Shown: in pieces, positions 41,729 to 50,877 of the stretch
How positions within the stretch are numbered: position 1 is the stretch's first letter
Layout of the letters: every line of letters starts with the position of its first letter
NCBI GenBank assembly: GCA_963663965.2
Contig: CAXXFK010000013.1
Span: 160,001 to 224,000 of the forward strand
From: Sedimentisphaerales bacterium
GTDB taxonomy: Bacteria; Planctomycetota; Phycisphaerae; Sedimentisphaerales; SM23-30
Direction: 5' to 3'
DNA length: 64,000 nucleotides
The notes under the pieces: model-generated
Database searches by the model: none
The model's input: the letters and a program-made list of their open reading frames with translations, nothing else
Told to the model about the DNA's origin: nothing
Translations under genes and position numbers: made by a program

Positions 41729-42325
41729 AACCGCAGATCCCGATGTACATCGGGGACAGATGAACGCAGATGAAGAAAGGGATCATAATGGGGAAACCTA
41801 AGTAGGAGGCGAGGAACGAACCGGTTGGCGGAGGCGGTGATGTGGATATTGGTGGGGAAAACCTGGGACAGACACCTGTTAAATTAGCGAGATGCGAAAA
41901 AGATAAGTCAGAAACAGGCGACTGTCCCTAGTATTAAGACCAACGCTCCTATCATTAGTACTAGCTCCTGAACTCAACTGATCGAGATAATTTGAAAAAT
42001 TAATAGACTTGGCTTCAAGGTTGATACTGTAGTCATTTCGGAAACCAATGAATAGAGTATGCTTGGGATGCTCGCTATTAGCAGTATACCTGAGGAATGT
42101 CTCATTTTTATCATTAATATAGCCTTTGAGCTTTGAGCGGACTGCATCTTCTTCAATATGGCTTAATTTAATTGTATAGGAATTTGTATTTGTGGATAAC
42201 TCTAGCCCCGGATGTAAATCCGGGGATGAATATTTGCTTTTTGACAGGATTTACAGGATGATCAGGATAAGATGCAAAATCCTGTTAATCCTGTCGGAAA
42301 AAGAAGTCCCGCCGAAGGCGGTTAA
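41729..42325. repeat. Cluster of several small palindromic REP-like elements
   Basis: CCCGATgtacATCGGG (~41739); GGGACAGACACCTGTT...AACAGGCGACTGTCCC (41865-41928); TAGCCCCGGATgtaaATCCGGGG (42203-42225); GACAGGATTTACAGGAT...ATCCTGTTAATCCTGTC (42243-42295); CCGCCgaaGGCGG (~42308). Confidence 0.75.
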
Positions 42326-42495
42326 GTTCTTACCCATCTAACTGGCCGTTACGATAAAACAGGATGTTTTATATCTTGAAATTGGGATTGAATTATGGTA
42401 AAAGGATAAGAGATTGGAGAAAATGCAAAGTGAGGAAACCGGTCATTTTCAGTCGTATGATGTTAATATAGATAAACTTTTTAGGAGTGCTTGCA

Positions 42496-43572
42496 GTGAA
42501 AAAGAGGATTATTGTCTGGTTTGCAGTATTACTGAGTTTTGCTGGTATGGTTCAGGCGGAGTGCCCATCTATGGACATTACCGGCGATTGTAAGGTGAAC
42601 CTGGAAGATTTTGCCGTTATGGCTGCCGGGTGGCTGGAGGACTACCCAATTAAATGAATTCGCTGATCTGACGTTGCAGTGGCTGGAGGAAGAAATCCCC
42701 GACCCGGCGGCGTATGGTCATTTGTCAACATTCCCGGCGGGACGTTTGATATGGGCGATCATTTCAATGAAGGTTGGCCAGATGAACGCCCCGTTCATAC
42801 GGTTACGCTGAGCAGTTTTCAGATGAGCAAGTATGAGATCACGAATGACCAATATCGGGATTATCTCAACGCGGCGTTAGCTGCCAGTCAGATAACAGTA
42901 TTTAATAACCGTGTTTACGCGATAAGTGACACCAGTCATTCCCAGCCTTATTTCGTAACTCATGAAGCAGATTCAGACAGCCAGATAAGCTATAATATCA
43001 GCGGCAGCTTTTACACCCGTAGCAAAAATGGCCGCAATATGGTTAATGACCCGGTGGTGATGGTCAGTTGGTATGGGGCCAAGGTTTTTTGTGACTATTA
43101 CGGCTATAAACTGCCCACCGAGGCCCAGTGGGAATATGCCGCCCGGGGTGGCCAGCAGAATCCCTACTATCGCTTTCCCTGGGGCAATATGATCAATCAC
43201 GACTATGCGAATTATAGAGCTAATGGCAGCGCCTATAGCTATGATACCAGCCCCTACAGCAGTTACACCTTTCATCCCAACTGGAATGATGGTACCGATC
43301 CCTACACTGCCCCAGTGGGCAGCTTCCCAGTTAATGGTTATGGCTTATGTGATATGACCGGCAATGTCATGGAGTGGTGTAGTGACTGGTATAGTTCATC
43401 ATACTATAGTTCCAGTCCATCCACTAATCCAACTGGGCCTATCAGTGGTAGTTATCGCGTGGTTCGCGGCGGCCATTGGGGCTCCTACGCCTACGGCTGT
43501 CGGGTGGCCTACCGGGGTGGCTACCCGGGCCTCTCGAGCGGCTACTACTGCGGGTTTCGGGTGTGTCGTTGA
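42496..43572 (+). CDS. Secreted FGE-sulfatase/SUMF1-like (CLec-fold) protein with N-terminal dockerin-like motif; probable DGR target; apparent indels at ~42645 and ~42715
   Basis: GTG start after AGGAG: MKKRIIVWFAVLLSFAGMVQAECPSMDITGDCKVNLEDFAVMAAGWL; then IPGGTFDMG, MSKYEITN, LPTEAQWEYAARGG, NGYGLCDMTGNVMEWC, RVVRGG.W, GFRV. Confidence 0.85.
43456..43569 (+). other. Putative DGR variable region (VR)
   Basis: Only 8 A in 114 nt, none at codon position 3; non-scaffold codons are nearly all NNC/NNT; located at the CLec C-terminus. Confidence 0.7.
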
Positions 43573-43842
43573 GTGTTTTTTCTCCTGGATTTTCCGTAAC
43601 CCTTTGCCCTGAGCGTAGCGAAGGACCGAAAATTTTTTGAAAAATGAGTAAAAAAGATAGTGAGTCTTTACGTAATTTAATATCAGAGCGATTTTGACCA
43701 GCGCCAAAGAATAAGAAACGAATTTCTGATACGATAGAATTTCAAGCACTCAAAGCAAATGGCTCTGATGATGTAACTGATTTACATATAGCAATTTGCC
43801 AGAAAAAACGTGGGAGAGTTTTGTCTTGATGATGTCTCTTTG

Positions 43843-43871
43843 TTGACACATTTGAGTGAATTTATTACATT
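43843..43871 (+). promoter_or_regulatory. Possible sigma70 promoter of the downstream sulfatase
   Basis: TTGACA-N17-TACATT. Confidence 0.4.
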
Positions 43872-43917
43872 AACAGGGGTGAAACGAGAAACAAACAGAT
43901 AATCAAGGGAAGCACTG

Positions 43918-45490
43918 ATGATGCGAGCAGAATTGAACAGGCGGCTGTTTTTGAAGGCGAGTGGGTTGGGGGTGGTGTCGGTGGTTATGCGGAATGGGGA
44001 TGAGGCGGCAGCGGCCGGGGGAATGGGGGTGCGGGCGGCCCCATGTTTTGATTATTCATGCCGATGAGCATCGCATGGACTGCCTCGGCGCTTACGGCAA
44101 TCAGGATGTCAAAACCCCTCATATCGACGGGCTGGCGGCGGATGGTGAGCGTTTTGTCCACAGCTTTTGCCCGTTCCCGGTTTGCACGCCTTCGCGGTAT
44201 TCCCTGTTGAGCGGGTTGTATGCCCACGAGCACGGCGGCTGGTCGAATCATTGCAGCATAGCGGCTGAGACGGCCACGTTTCCGAAGATTCTGCGGGCGG
44301 GCGGGTATAAAACCAAGGCGATTGGCAAGATGCACTTTACCCCGACTTACCTGGATGTGGGGTTCGATGAGATGGAGCTATCGGAACAGGATGGGCCGGG
44401 CCGATGGGATGATGATTACCACCGTTATCTGATGGCCAGAGACCTGGTGGACTCCAACGACCTGGAAGACCAGCGGTCGGAATTTCGCCGGAAAGCCGGC
44501 GCCCGATATTTCGAGACCTTTGGCGCGATGGAATCGAATCTGTCCGATGAGCATTCCAACACCACCTGGATTGGCGACCGGGTGGCGGAGACGCTGGAGG
44601 GGTGGGATGAGAAACAGCCGAGCCTGCTGATGGCGGGATTTGTCAAGCCGCACCATCCGTTCGATCCGCCGGCGCCCTGGGATACGATGTACGATCCGGA
44701 AAAGCTGGCGCTTCTGCCGGGCTGGACAGAAACCTCTTTCGAACACGACCTTAAATACAGCCGGGGCTATTTCGATAATGCCAGCCTGACGGAACCGGCC
44801 ATGCGGAAGGTGATGGCCTATTATTACGCTACGATTTCGCAGATCGATTTTCAGGTGGGGCGTATGATCAAGATCCTTAAGGATAAGGGGTTGTACGACA
44901 ATACGCTGATTATCTATACCTCGGACCATGGCGACTATATGGGGTATCACCATATGATCCTGAAAGGGAACTACCTCTATGAGGCGCTGGCCAAGGTGCC
45001 GTTGATTATCAAATGGCCGAAAAGCAAGAACGCGGGAACGGTTTCGAGCAAACTGGTTAATAATATCGACCTGGCTCCGACGATCTGTCATCTGGTGCAA
45101 CTGCCGCCGGCCAAGACGATGCGGGGTAAGGATCTGGCCAAGGATCCGGGCCATGACATCATCTTTTGCGAGTCGGGGCCCAACCAGGTGATGGCGAGGA
45201 CACAGAGATACAAGCTGATACTGGCGGGGCCGCGCAACGCCAACCTGTTCTATGATCTTGAGGCCGACCCGCTGGAGCGGAATAATCTATACGACAACCC
45301 GGCATACCAAGACAGGATAGCCGAACTCGAAACAAAATTGAATGACTGGCGTCGCGTGGGGCCATGGCCCGAGCCATCGACGGAAGGCCCGATTATCAAG
45401 GGTGAGAATGTTCCGCCGGCCGACCTGAGCCACCGGGGCGCTATTATCGATTACTACACGCGGAAGATGGCTGAAATGCAGACCAGGTGA
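43918..45490 (+). CDS. Sulfatase (choline/arylsulfatase-like) with Tat signal; apparent indel in the 5' G-run region
   Basis: MMRAELNRRLFLK Tat motif is out of frame with RPHVLIIHADEHR; CTPSRYS; GKMH; KPHHP; SDHGD. Confidence 0.85.
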
Positions 45491-45568
45491 GCGGCGCCAG
45501 GGGAAAAGATTTCACACGAAGCCGCGAAGCCGCTAAAAAAACAGCCAAGGCGGCAGCGCCGGGGCTGG

Positions 45569-46903
45569 TTATTGGGAGTCAGGTTGGGCGTTGACTTCTT
45601 TAATGAATTCCCAGAGGATAGCGACGGACCAGAGGAGCAGGTCCTGGTCGAAGTCGAATTTGGGGTTGTGGTGGCCGCCGGAGGTGGGGGAGCCGATGCA
45701 GAGGAAGCTGGTTTTTCCGCCGTTTTGGCGGACCTGGTCCATCAGGAAGGTGGCATCTTCGCTGCCGGGGACGAGGTAGTCATCGATGATGGCGGATGGG
45801 TCGATTCCGGCCCGGATGATGGCGTTTTTGAGCAGGGGGGTTAACTCGGTTGAGTTCTCGGCGTAGATACATTCGCTGATCTGTTTGAGGCGGTAGCTCA
45901 GGCCGTGCATCCGGGCGGTGTGTTCGATGATGGCGGTGGCTCGTTGGTTGAGATAATCGCAGACGGTGTTGGTCTGGCCTCTTAATTCGAAGTTGAATTC
46001 GGCGTGGCTGGAAATGACATTGGAGGGATTGTCCGAGAAGAATTTGCCGGCGTTGACGCGGGAGAGTCCGGCGCTGTGGCGGGAAATGGCCAGCAGACTG
46101 TTGACGGCCTGGCAGGCGGCCAGCAGGGCGTTTCGGCCATTTTCGGGACAGGCGGCGGCATGAGCGTTGAGGCCTTCGTAGACGACATTAAACCAGCGGG
46201 CAGCGAGGAAGGAGAGCCGGCAGACAACCTGGCGTTGGCCGATGATGCCGAGATGGATGGGGATCAGGTAATCCAATTTTTTGAAGATAGGGAATTTCGC
46301 AAAGAGGTGGCCGCCGGATGGGCCTTCTTCTGAGGGTTGGAATATCAGATGATAGGTTCCTTTGAGCTGCTGTCGATTTTGCTGGATTCGGTTGGCCAGG
46401 CCCAGGCCGATGGTGGTGTGGCCGTCGTGGCCGCAGGCGTGCATGTTGGCGTTCTGGGAGGCGAAGCCATGGGCACAGGGGAGATGGGAGTTGTCCGAGG
46501 ATTCTTTTACAGGCAGGGCGTCGATATCGAAACGGAAACCGACCTGGGGGCCGTGATCGGAACATTTCATACTGGCGATGACGCCGGTGAACCCGCCTTG
46601 CATGGATTCCAGCCAGGGGTTGGGTTTCATTTTTTGAGCGGCGGATTCGTAGCCACCGTCGATTCTGGATTTGTCAATTACGACGAGATCTGAAATGTGG
46701 TCGATATCGGGATAAGCATTTTTATACAGGTCTTTGCCGAATTTCAATTCGAAACCGAGTTTGCTTAAATAATCGCAAATGATGCAGCTGGTGTTGAATT
46801 CGGAAAAGCCCAGTTCGGGATAGCTATGGAATGTTTTTCTTAATTCGATCAGGTGGGCCAATTCGGGGTTTTGTTCGTTGATTTTTGGGATTGAAGTGTT
46901 CAT
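45569..46903 (-). CDS. M20 amidohydrolase (AbgA/hippurate hydrolase-like)
   Basis: H.YPELGF.E, RFDIDAL, MHACGHDGH, FQPSEEG, AHAA..PENGRNAL, GSED, HHNPKFDFD. Confidence 0.9.
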   Translation of the reverse strand: MNTSIPKINEQNPELAHLIELRKTFHSYPELGFSEFNTSCIICDYLSKLGFELKFGKDLYKNAYPDIDHISDLVVIDKSRIDGGYESAAQKMKPNPWLESMQGGFTGVIASMKCSDHGPQVGFRFDIDALPVKESSDNSHLPCAHGFASQNANMHACGHDGHTTIGLGLANRIQQNRQQLKGTYHLIFQPSEEGPSGGHLFAKFPIFKKLDYLIPIHLGIIGQRQVVCRLSFLAARWFNVVYEGLNAHAAACPENGRNALLAACQAVNSLLAISRHSAGLSRVNAGKFFSDNPSNVISSHAEFNFELRGQTNTVCDYLNQRATAIIEHTARMHGLSYRLKQISECIYAENSTELTPLLKNAIIRAGIDPSAIIDDYLVPGSEDATFLMDQVRQNGGKTSFLCIGSPTSGGHHNPKFDFDQDLLLWSVAILWEFIKEVNAQPDSQ

Positions 46904-46971
46904 CGGGGATTTTGAAAGTTATGTTTTGGGTTGTGGATTGATTGGGGCTTGGAGCCCAAATCTGGGAATTT

Positions 46972-47062
46972 CACGGGCAAGATGCCCGCGGTACGTTTGG
47001 GAAAACACGGGCAAGATGCCCGTGGTACGGTTGGGAAAACACGGGCAGGATGCCCGTGCTAC
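46972..47062 (-). repeat. Three tandem REP-like units (34-bp period)
   Basis: CACGGGCA(A/G)GATGCCCG(C/T)G(G/C)TAC at 46972, 47006 and 47040; the minus strand reads GTAG/GTAC plus palindrome; spacers are near-identical. Confidence 0.88.
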
Positions 47063-47066
47063 GGAT

Positions 47067-48746
47067 TTATTTTATCTGGATGCTGGCCCAGTAGGCGGCT
47101 TCGTAGGACCAGCCGGTGGGTTGGTTGAGCAGTTCGAGGTTGATAGTTTTGCCGGCGTATGGGGTCAGGTCGATATCGATGTCCAGCCATCTGTTGTCGG
47201 CGCTGGTATTGCCGATAGTTTGAGTCAGGATGGTTTGTTTATCGATCAGGACCTTCAGTTCCCAGTCGCCGGCGGGGTCGGTGTGGTGGCTGACGGTCAG
47301 ATGAAGTTTGGGGTTGCCTGTTTTGGGGACTTTCAGTTTTCGGGACAGGATGCAGGGGGTGTCTTTATCCAGCGGGTGGGTGAGCAGGACTTTGGATTTT
47401 CCCAGATAGTTTTCGCGTAAACCGGGATTCATATCAAAGCCGCATTGGGCGATTTTCCAGCCGGGGGCGAATTGGGCTAACTGATCGGACAGGTCCAGGC
47501 CGCGCTGGGCGGTAATCAGGGCGGATTCGCCGATCGAGTAGCGGCTGTTGGCGATGGGGCCGGGTTGGCTGGAGATTTGCAGTTGGCCGGGTATAGCTTT
47601 TTTGACGGGGATCAGGAAACAGTCCTGCTCGCCGGTGGGATCGGATTCAACATGGCCGCCCTGGCGGAATACGGCCTGATGGGCGAGTCGTGTGCAAACC
47701 TCGATCAGGCGTGGGTAACTGTAGGGGGTGTGGCTGAATTTGCCTTCGGGATTGAGCGCTTCAACGTATTTGCGGGGCAGATGGTCGAAACCGATGGTGG
47801 TGGCAAGGATCCCGGCGGCGTTGGAGGGGTTGCAGTCGCTGTCCTGGCCGCAACGGGTGGCGATGATAATGGTCTGGTCGAGGTCGCCCCGGCCGTAGAG
47901 CAGGCCCATGACGATATAGGCACCGTTGATCTTGGCGTCAATGTTGAAGCGGCCTGAGCGGTCCGAGCAACTGAACTGGCGGTAATCGGGATTGAGTTGA
48001 TACTTCTGGTTGATGAGTTCCCAGGTTTTGGGCCAGTCGTGGGGGTTTTGCTGATGCCACTGGATGACATCGCGAATGCATTCGGCGTACTGGCTTTCCG
48101 CGGGGATGGCCGCCAGGGCGGTCTGGATGATCTGAGGGATATCGCGCGTGAAGAAGGCTTCGGCGTACATGGCTCCAACAAACTGTCCGCCGTAGAGCCC
48201 GTCGCCGTAATTCATCAGGCGGCCGAACTTTTCGCCCAGTTCGATGACCAGATTGGGCATGCCAGGCGCGATCAGGCCGGAAAAATCGGCTTCGATCTGG
48301 TAATCAATGTCGTCGGCGTGGGAGTTGAAGGCGGGATGGCTGGAATCGGGCGGGGCGATCCCTTTGCGGAGGTTTTCGCGGCCGGCGAGGTTGGCATGCC
48401 AGAGGGGATAGCCGCTGTTGGCGAAATCGATGCCGGCCTGACGGATCGAGACATCGAAGCCGTAGAGTTCCAGGCTGCGTAAAAAGGTCATTTCGACGTA
48501 GATATCATCCTGATGAAACTGGTTGACCATTTCGGGTTTCCAGGCGGGCATGGCTTCGGGTGGGATCATGGTACCGCAATAACGAAACTCGGTGGGCGCG
48601 CCCTGGCCGACGCCAGCCATCTGGCCGATCCAGCCGGCTTTCATCTTGTCGACATACTCGGAGACGGGGAGTTTGCGATATTGGCCCTGGAGCGGGGTGA
48701 TGAAACTTATTGTCAACGCTAAAACTAAAAGTACAAGAAACCTCAT
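47067..48746 (-). CDS. ADP-ribosylglycohydrolase family protein, secreted, with C-terminal beta-rich domain
   Basis: Signal peptide; G.W.GQ..G..G.P.EF; QDDIYVE; IDYQIEAD; GQDSDCNPS. Confidence 0.82.
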   Translation of the reverse strand: MRFLVLLVLALTISFITPLQGQYRKLPVSEYVDKMKAGWIGQMAGVGQGAPTEFRYCGTMIPPEAMPAWKPEMVNQFHQDDIYVEMTFLRSLELYGFDVSIRQAGIDFANSGYPLWHANLAGRENLRKGIAPPDSSHPAFNSHADDIDYQIEADFSGLIAPGMPNLVIELGEKFGRLMNYGDGLYGGQFVGAMYAEAFFTRDIPQIIQTALAAIPAESQYAECIRDVIQWHQQNPHDWPKTWELINQKYQLNPDYRQFSCSDRSGRFNIDAKINGAYIVMGLLYGRGDLDQTIIIATRCGQDSDCNPSNAAGILATTIGFDHLPRKYVEALNPEGKFSHTPYSYPRLIEVCTRLAHQAVFRQGGHVESDPTGEQDCFLIPVKKAIPGQLQISSQPGPIANSRYSIGESALITAQRGLDLSDQLAQFAPGWKIAQCGFDMNPGLRENYLGKSKVLLTHPLDKDTPCILSRKLKVPKTGNPKLHLTVSHHTDPAGDWELKVLIDKQTILTQTIGNTSADNRWLDIDIDLTPYAGKTINLELLNQPTGWSYEAAYWASIQIK

Positions 48747-48912
48747 AATATGCCCTTTCCAACGGGATGAAAGTGTCCTGTTAAGAATTATTGGCTATTT
48801 TTTGTAAGAATTTATCAATCAGAGATTAAACGATAACTTATCCGTCGGCCAGCAATTTTTCATATGGTCTTGCCCGTCTTTGAGGAAAAATTGGTACATC
48901 TGATTCTAACAA

Positions 48913-48940
48913 TTGACATTGCAATGAAAAATGAGATAAT
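48913..48940 (+). promoter_or_regulatory. Probable sigma70 promoter of top6B
   Basis: TTGACA-N16-GATAAT with an extended -10 TG. Confidence 0.45.
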
Positions 48941-49012
48941 ATAGGCTGTTTGGTTAATCAACAGGTGGAATATAGTAAAGTGAATATTACCAGATAGTTA
49001 GAGGATGCCAGG

Positions 49013-50872
49013 ATGGCACGAAAAGTTGTAGACGCGAATCAGATGAATTTTGAATTTGCCGCCGAAGAGGAATCAGGCGAAGCGAAAACAGTCGTAAAAA
49101 GTAAAGCAGGTAAAAAGCCTCAAAAGGGTAGCAAAGGGAACCCGGAAGCCGGAACGATTGAGATCAAGCCGCTCAGCCAGCGGGAGAAGAAGACGGTCAT
49201 TGTCAAACGGAAAACGTCCGGGCGGGCACGTAAATCAGTGGAAACGATTCAGGATGATCAGATCGAGTCCAAAGCGCTTTCCATGGCGGCCAAACAGCGC
49301 GATATCAGTGTGAGCGAGTTTTTTGCCAAGAATCGCCATCTGCTGGGATTCGATAATCCGAGCAAGGCGTTGCTAACCACGATTAAGGAAGCGGTTGATA
49401 ATTCGCTGGATGCCTGTGAAGAGGCCCAGATCCTGCCGGAGATCGAGGTTGGGATCGAACAGCGCGCGGAGAACCGCTATCGGATCTGGGTGCAGGATAA
49501 CGGGCCCGGAATTGTTAAAGAGCAGATCCCTAATATTTTTGGGCGGCTGTTATACGGCAGCAAATTTCACAATCTCAGAATGGCACGCGGTCAGCAGGGG
49601 ATAGGTATTTCGGCGGCGGGCATGTATGGCATGCTGACGACGGGTAAGAATGTCAAGATTAACAGTAAAACCGGCCCGCGCGCCAAGTCGCATCATTATG
49701 AGTTGCGGATCGATACCAAAGCGAACCGGCCGGAGATTATCAATGATGAGGAGATTGAATGGGATGTTCGCAGCGGCACCCGGGTGGAGATGGAGATTGA
49801 AGCGCGTTATCAGCGCGGGCGTCAGAGTGTGGACGAATACCTTTATCAGACGGCCATCGCCAATCCTCATGCGCGTTTTATCTATCGTACGCCTGACAAT
49901 AAAGAGATTATTTATGACCGTTCGATCGAGTCGGCGGTGGTGGTGCCTGAAGCGGTCAAGCCGCATCCTTACGGCGTGGAGTTGGGGATTTTGATCAAGA
50001 TGCTGCAGGATACCCCGGAAAAAACGGTATCCGCATTTTTGACCAACGAGTTTTCGCGGGTCAGTTCCAGGGTTTCGCAGGAGATTCTGGACCAGGCAAA
50101 ATTGTCCGCGCGCAAGCGTCCGAATACTTTCGATCATAACGATGTCGAAAAACTGTATAAATCGATCAATGAAACCAAGATTATGGCGCCCAGCACGAAT
50201 TGTGTGGTGCCGATCGGCGAAGAGGAGCTGCTGCAAGGGTTGCAGCAGGTGGTGAAGGCCGATTTTTATACGGTTTGCACGCGTCCGCCCGCGGTCTATC
50301 GCGGTAATCCGTTTCAGATTGAAGCGGCGCTGGCCTTTGGCAAAGGGACCAATGGCAATAAGACCCCGGAAGAGATGCTGGATGAGGAAGAGAGCCAGGA
50401 TGAGGAAGGCAATGAATTGATGCGGGTCTTGCGTTTTGCCAACCGGGTTCCGTTGCTATATCAGCAGTCGGCCTGCGCGATGTTCAAGTCGATTGTGTCG
50501 ACCAACTGGCGGCAATACGGCCTGTCGCAGAGCCGGGGGGCTTTGCCGGCCGGTCCGGCGACGGTTATTATCCATATCGCTTCGGTGTGGGTGCCGTTTA
50601 CTTCGGAGAGCAAGGAGGCGGTCGCGCATTATCCGGAAATTATCAAAGAGATCAAACTGGCGTTGTCGGAATGCGGCCGACGGTTGGGGCGTTATCTAGC
50701 CGGGGAAAAACGCGCCGTTGAAGAAATTAAAAAACGGGGCTATATCCACAAATACCTGCCCCCGATCGGCGAGGCTTTACGGGATATATTGAAACTGAAC
50801 GACAAGCAGATCAATAAAATCATTGACGATCTGCGTGATGTGCTGGAGGATTCACGGACGCAAAAGGTATAG
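49013..50872 (+). CDS. top6B: DNA topoisomerase VI subunit B
   Basis: ISVSEFFAKNRHLLGF; KEAVDNSLDACEE; DNGPGI; RGQQGIGIS (GHKL); PHPYG; H2TH region; RFANRVPL; VPFTSESKE. Confidence 0.95.
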   Translation: MARKVVDANQMNFEFAAEEESGEAKTVVKSKAGKKPQKGSKGNPEAGTIEIKPLSQREKKTVIVKRKTSGRARKSVETIQDDQIESKALSMAAKQRDISVSEFFAKNRHLLGFDNPSKALLTTIKEAVDNSLDACEEAQILPEIEVGIEQRAENRYRIWVQDNGPGIVKEQIPNIFGRLLYGSKFHNLRMARGQQGIGISAAGMYGMLTTGKNVKINSKTGPRAKSHHYELRIDTKANRPEIINDEEIEWDVRSGTRVEMEIEARYQRGRQSVDEYLYQTAIANPHARFIYRTPDNKEIIYDRSIESAVVVPEAVKPHPYGVELGILIKMLQDTPEKTVSAFLTNEFSRVSSRVSQEILDQAKLSARKRPNTFDHNDVEKLYKSINETKIMAPSTNCVVPIGEEELLQGLQQVVKADFYTVCTRPPAVYRGNPFQIEAALAFGKGTNGNKTPEEMLDEEESQDEEGNELMRVLRFANRVPLLYQQSACAMFKSIVSTNWRQYGLSQSRGALPAGPATVIIHIASVWVPFTSESKEAVAHYPEIIKEIKLALSECGRRLGRYLAGEKRAVEEIKKRGYIHKYLPPIGEALRDILKLNDKQINKIIDDLRDVLEDSRTQKV

Positions 50873-50877
50873 GCGCC

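Noticed and set aside
42679..43572. True formylglycine-generating enzyme maturing the neighbouring sulfatases
   Set aside because: It lacks the catalytic Cys pair after RGGS (here RGGHWGSYAYGCR), so it is a non-catalytic FGE-fold protein.
46972..47062. Possible mini CRISPR array
   Set aside because: Spacers are ~11 bp and near-identical, there are only three units, and no cas genes are present; it fits a REP cluster.
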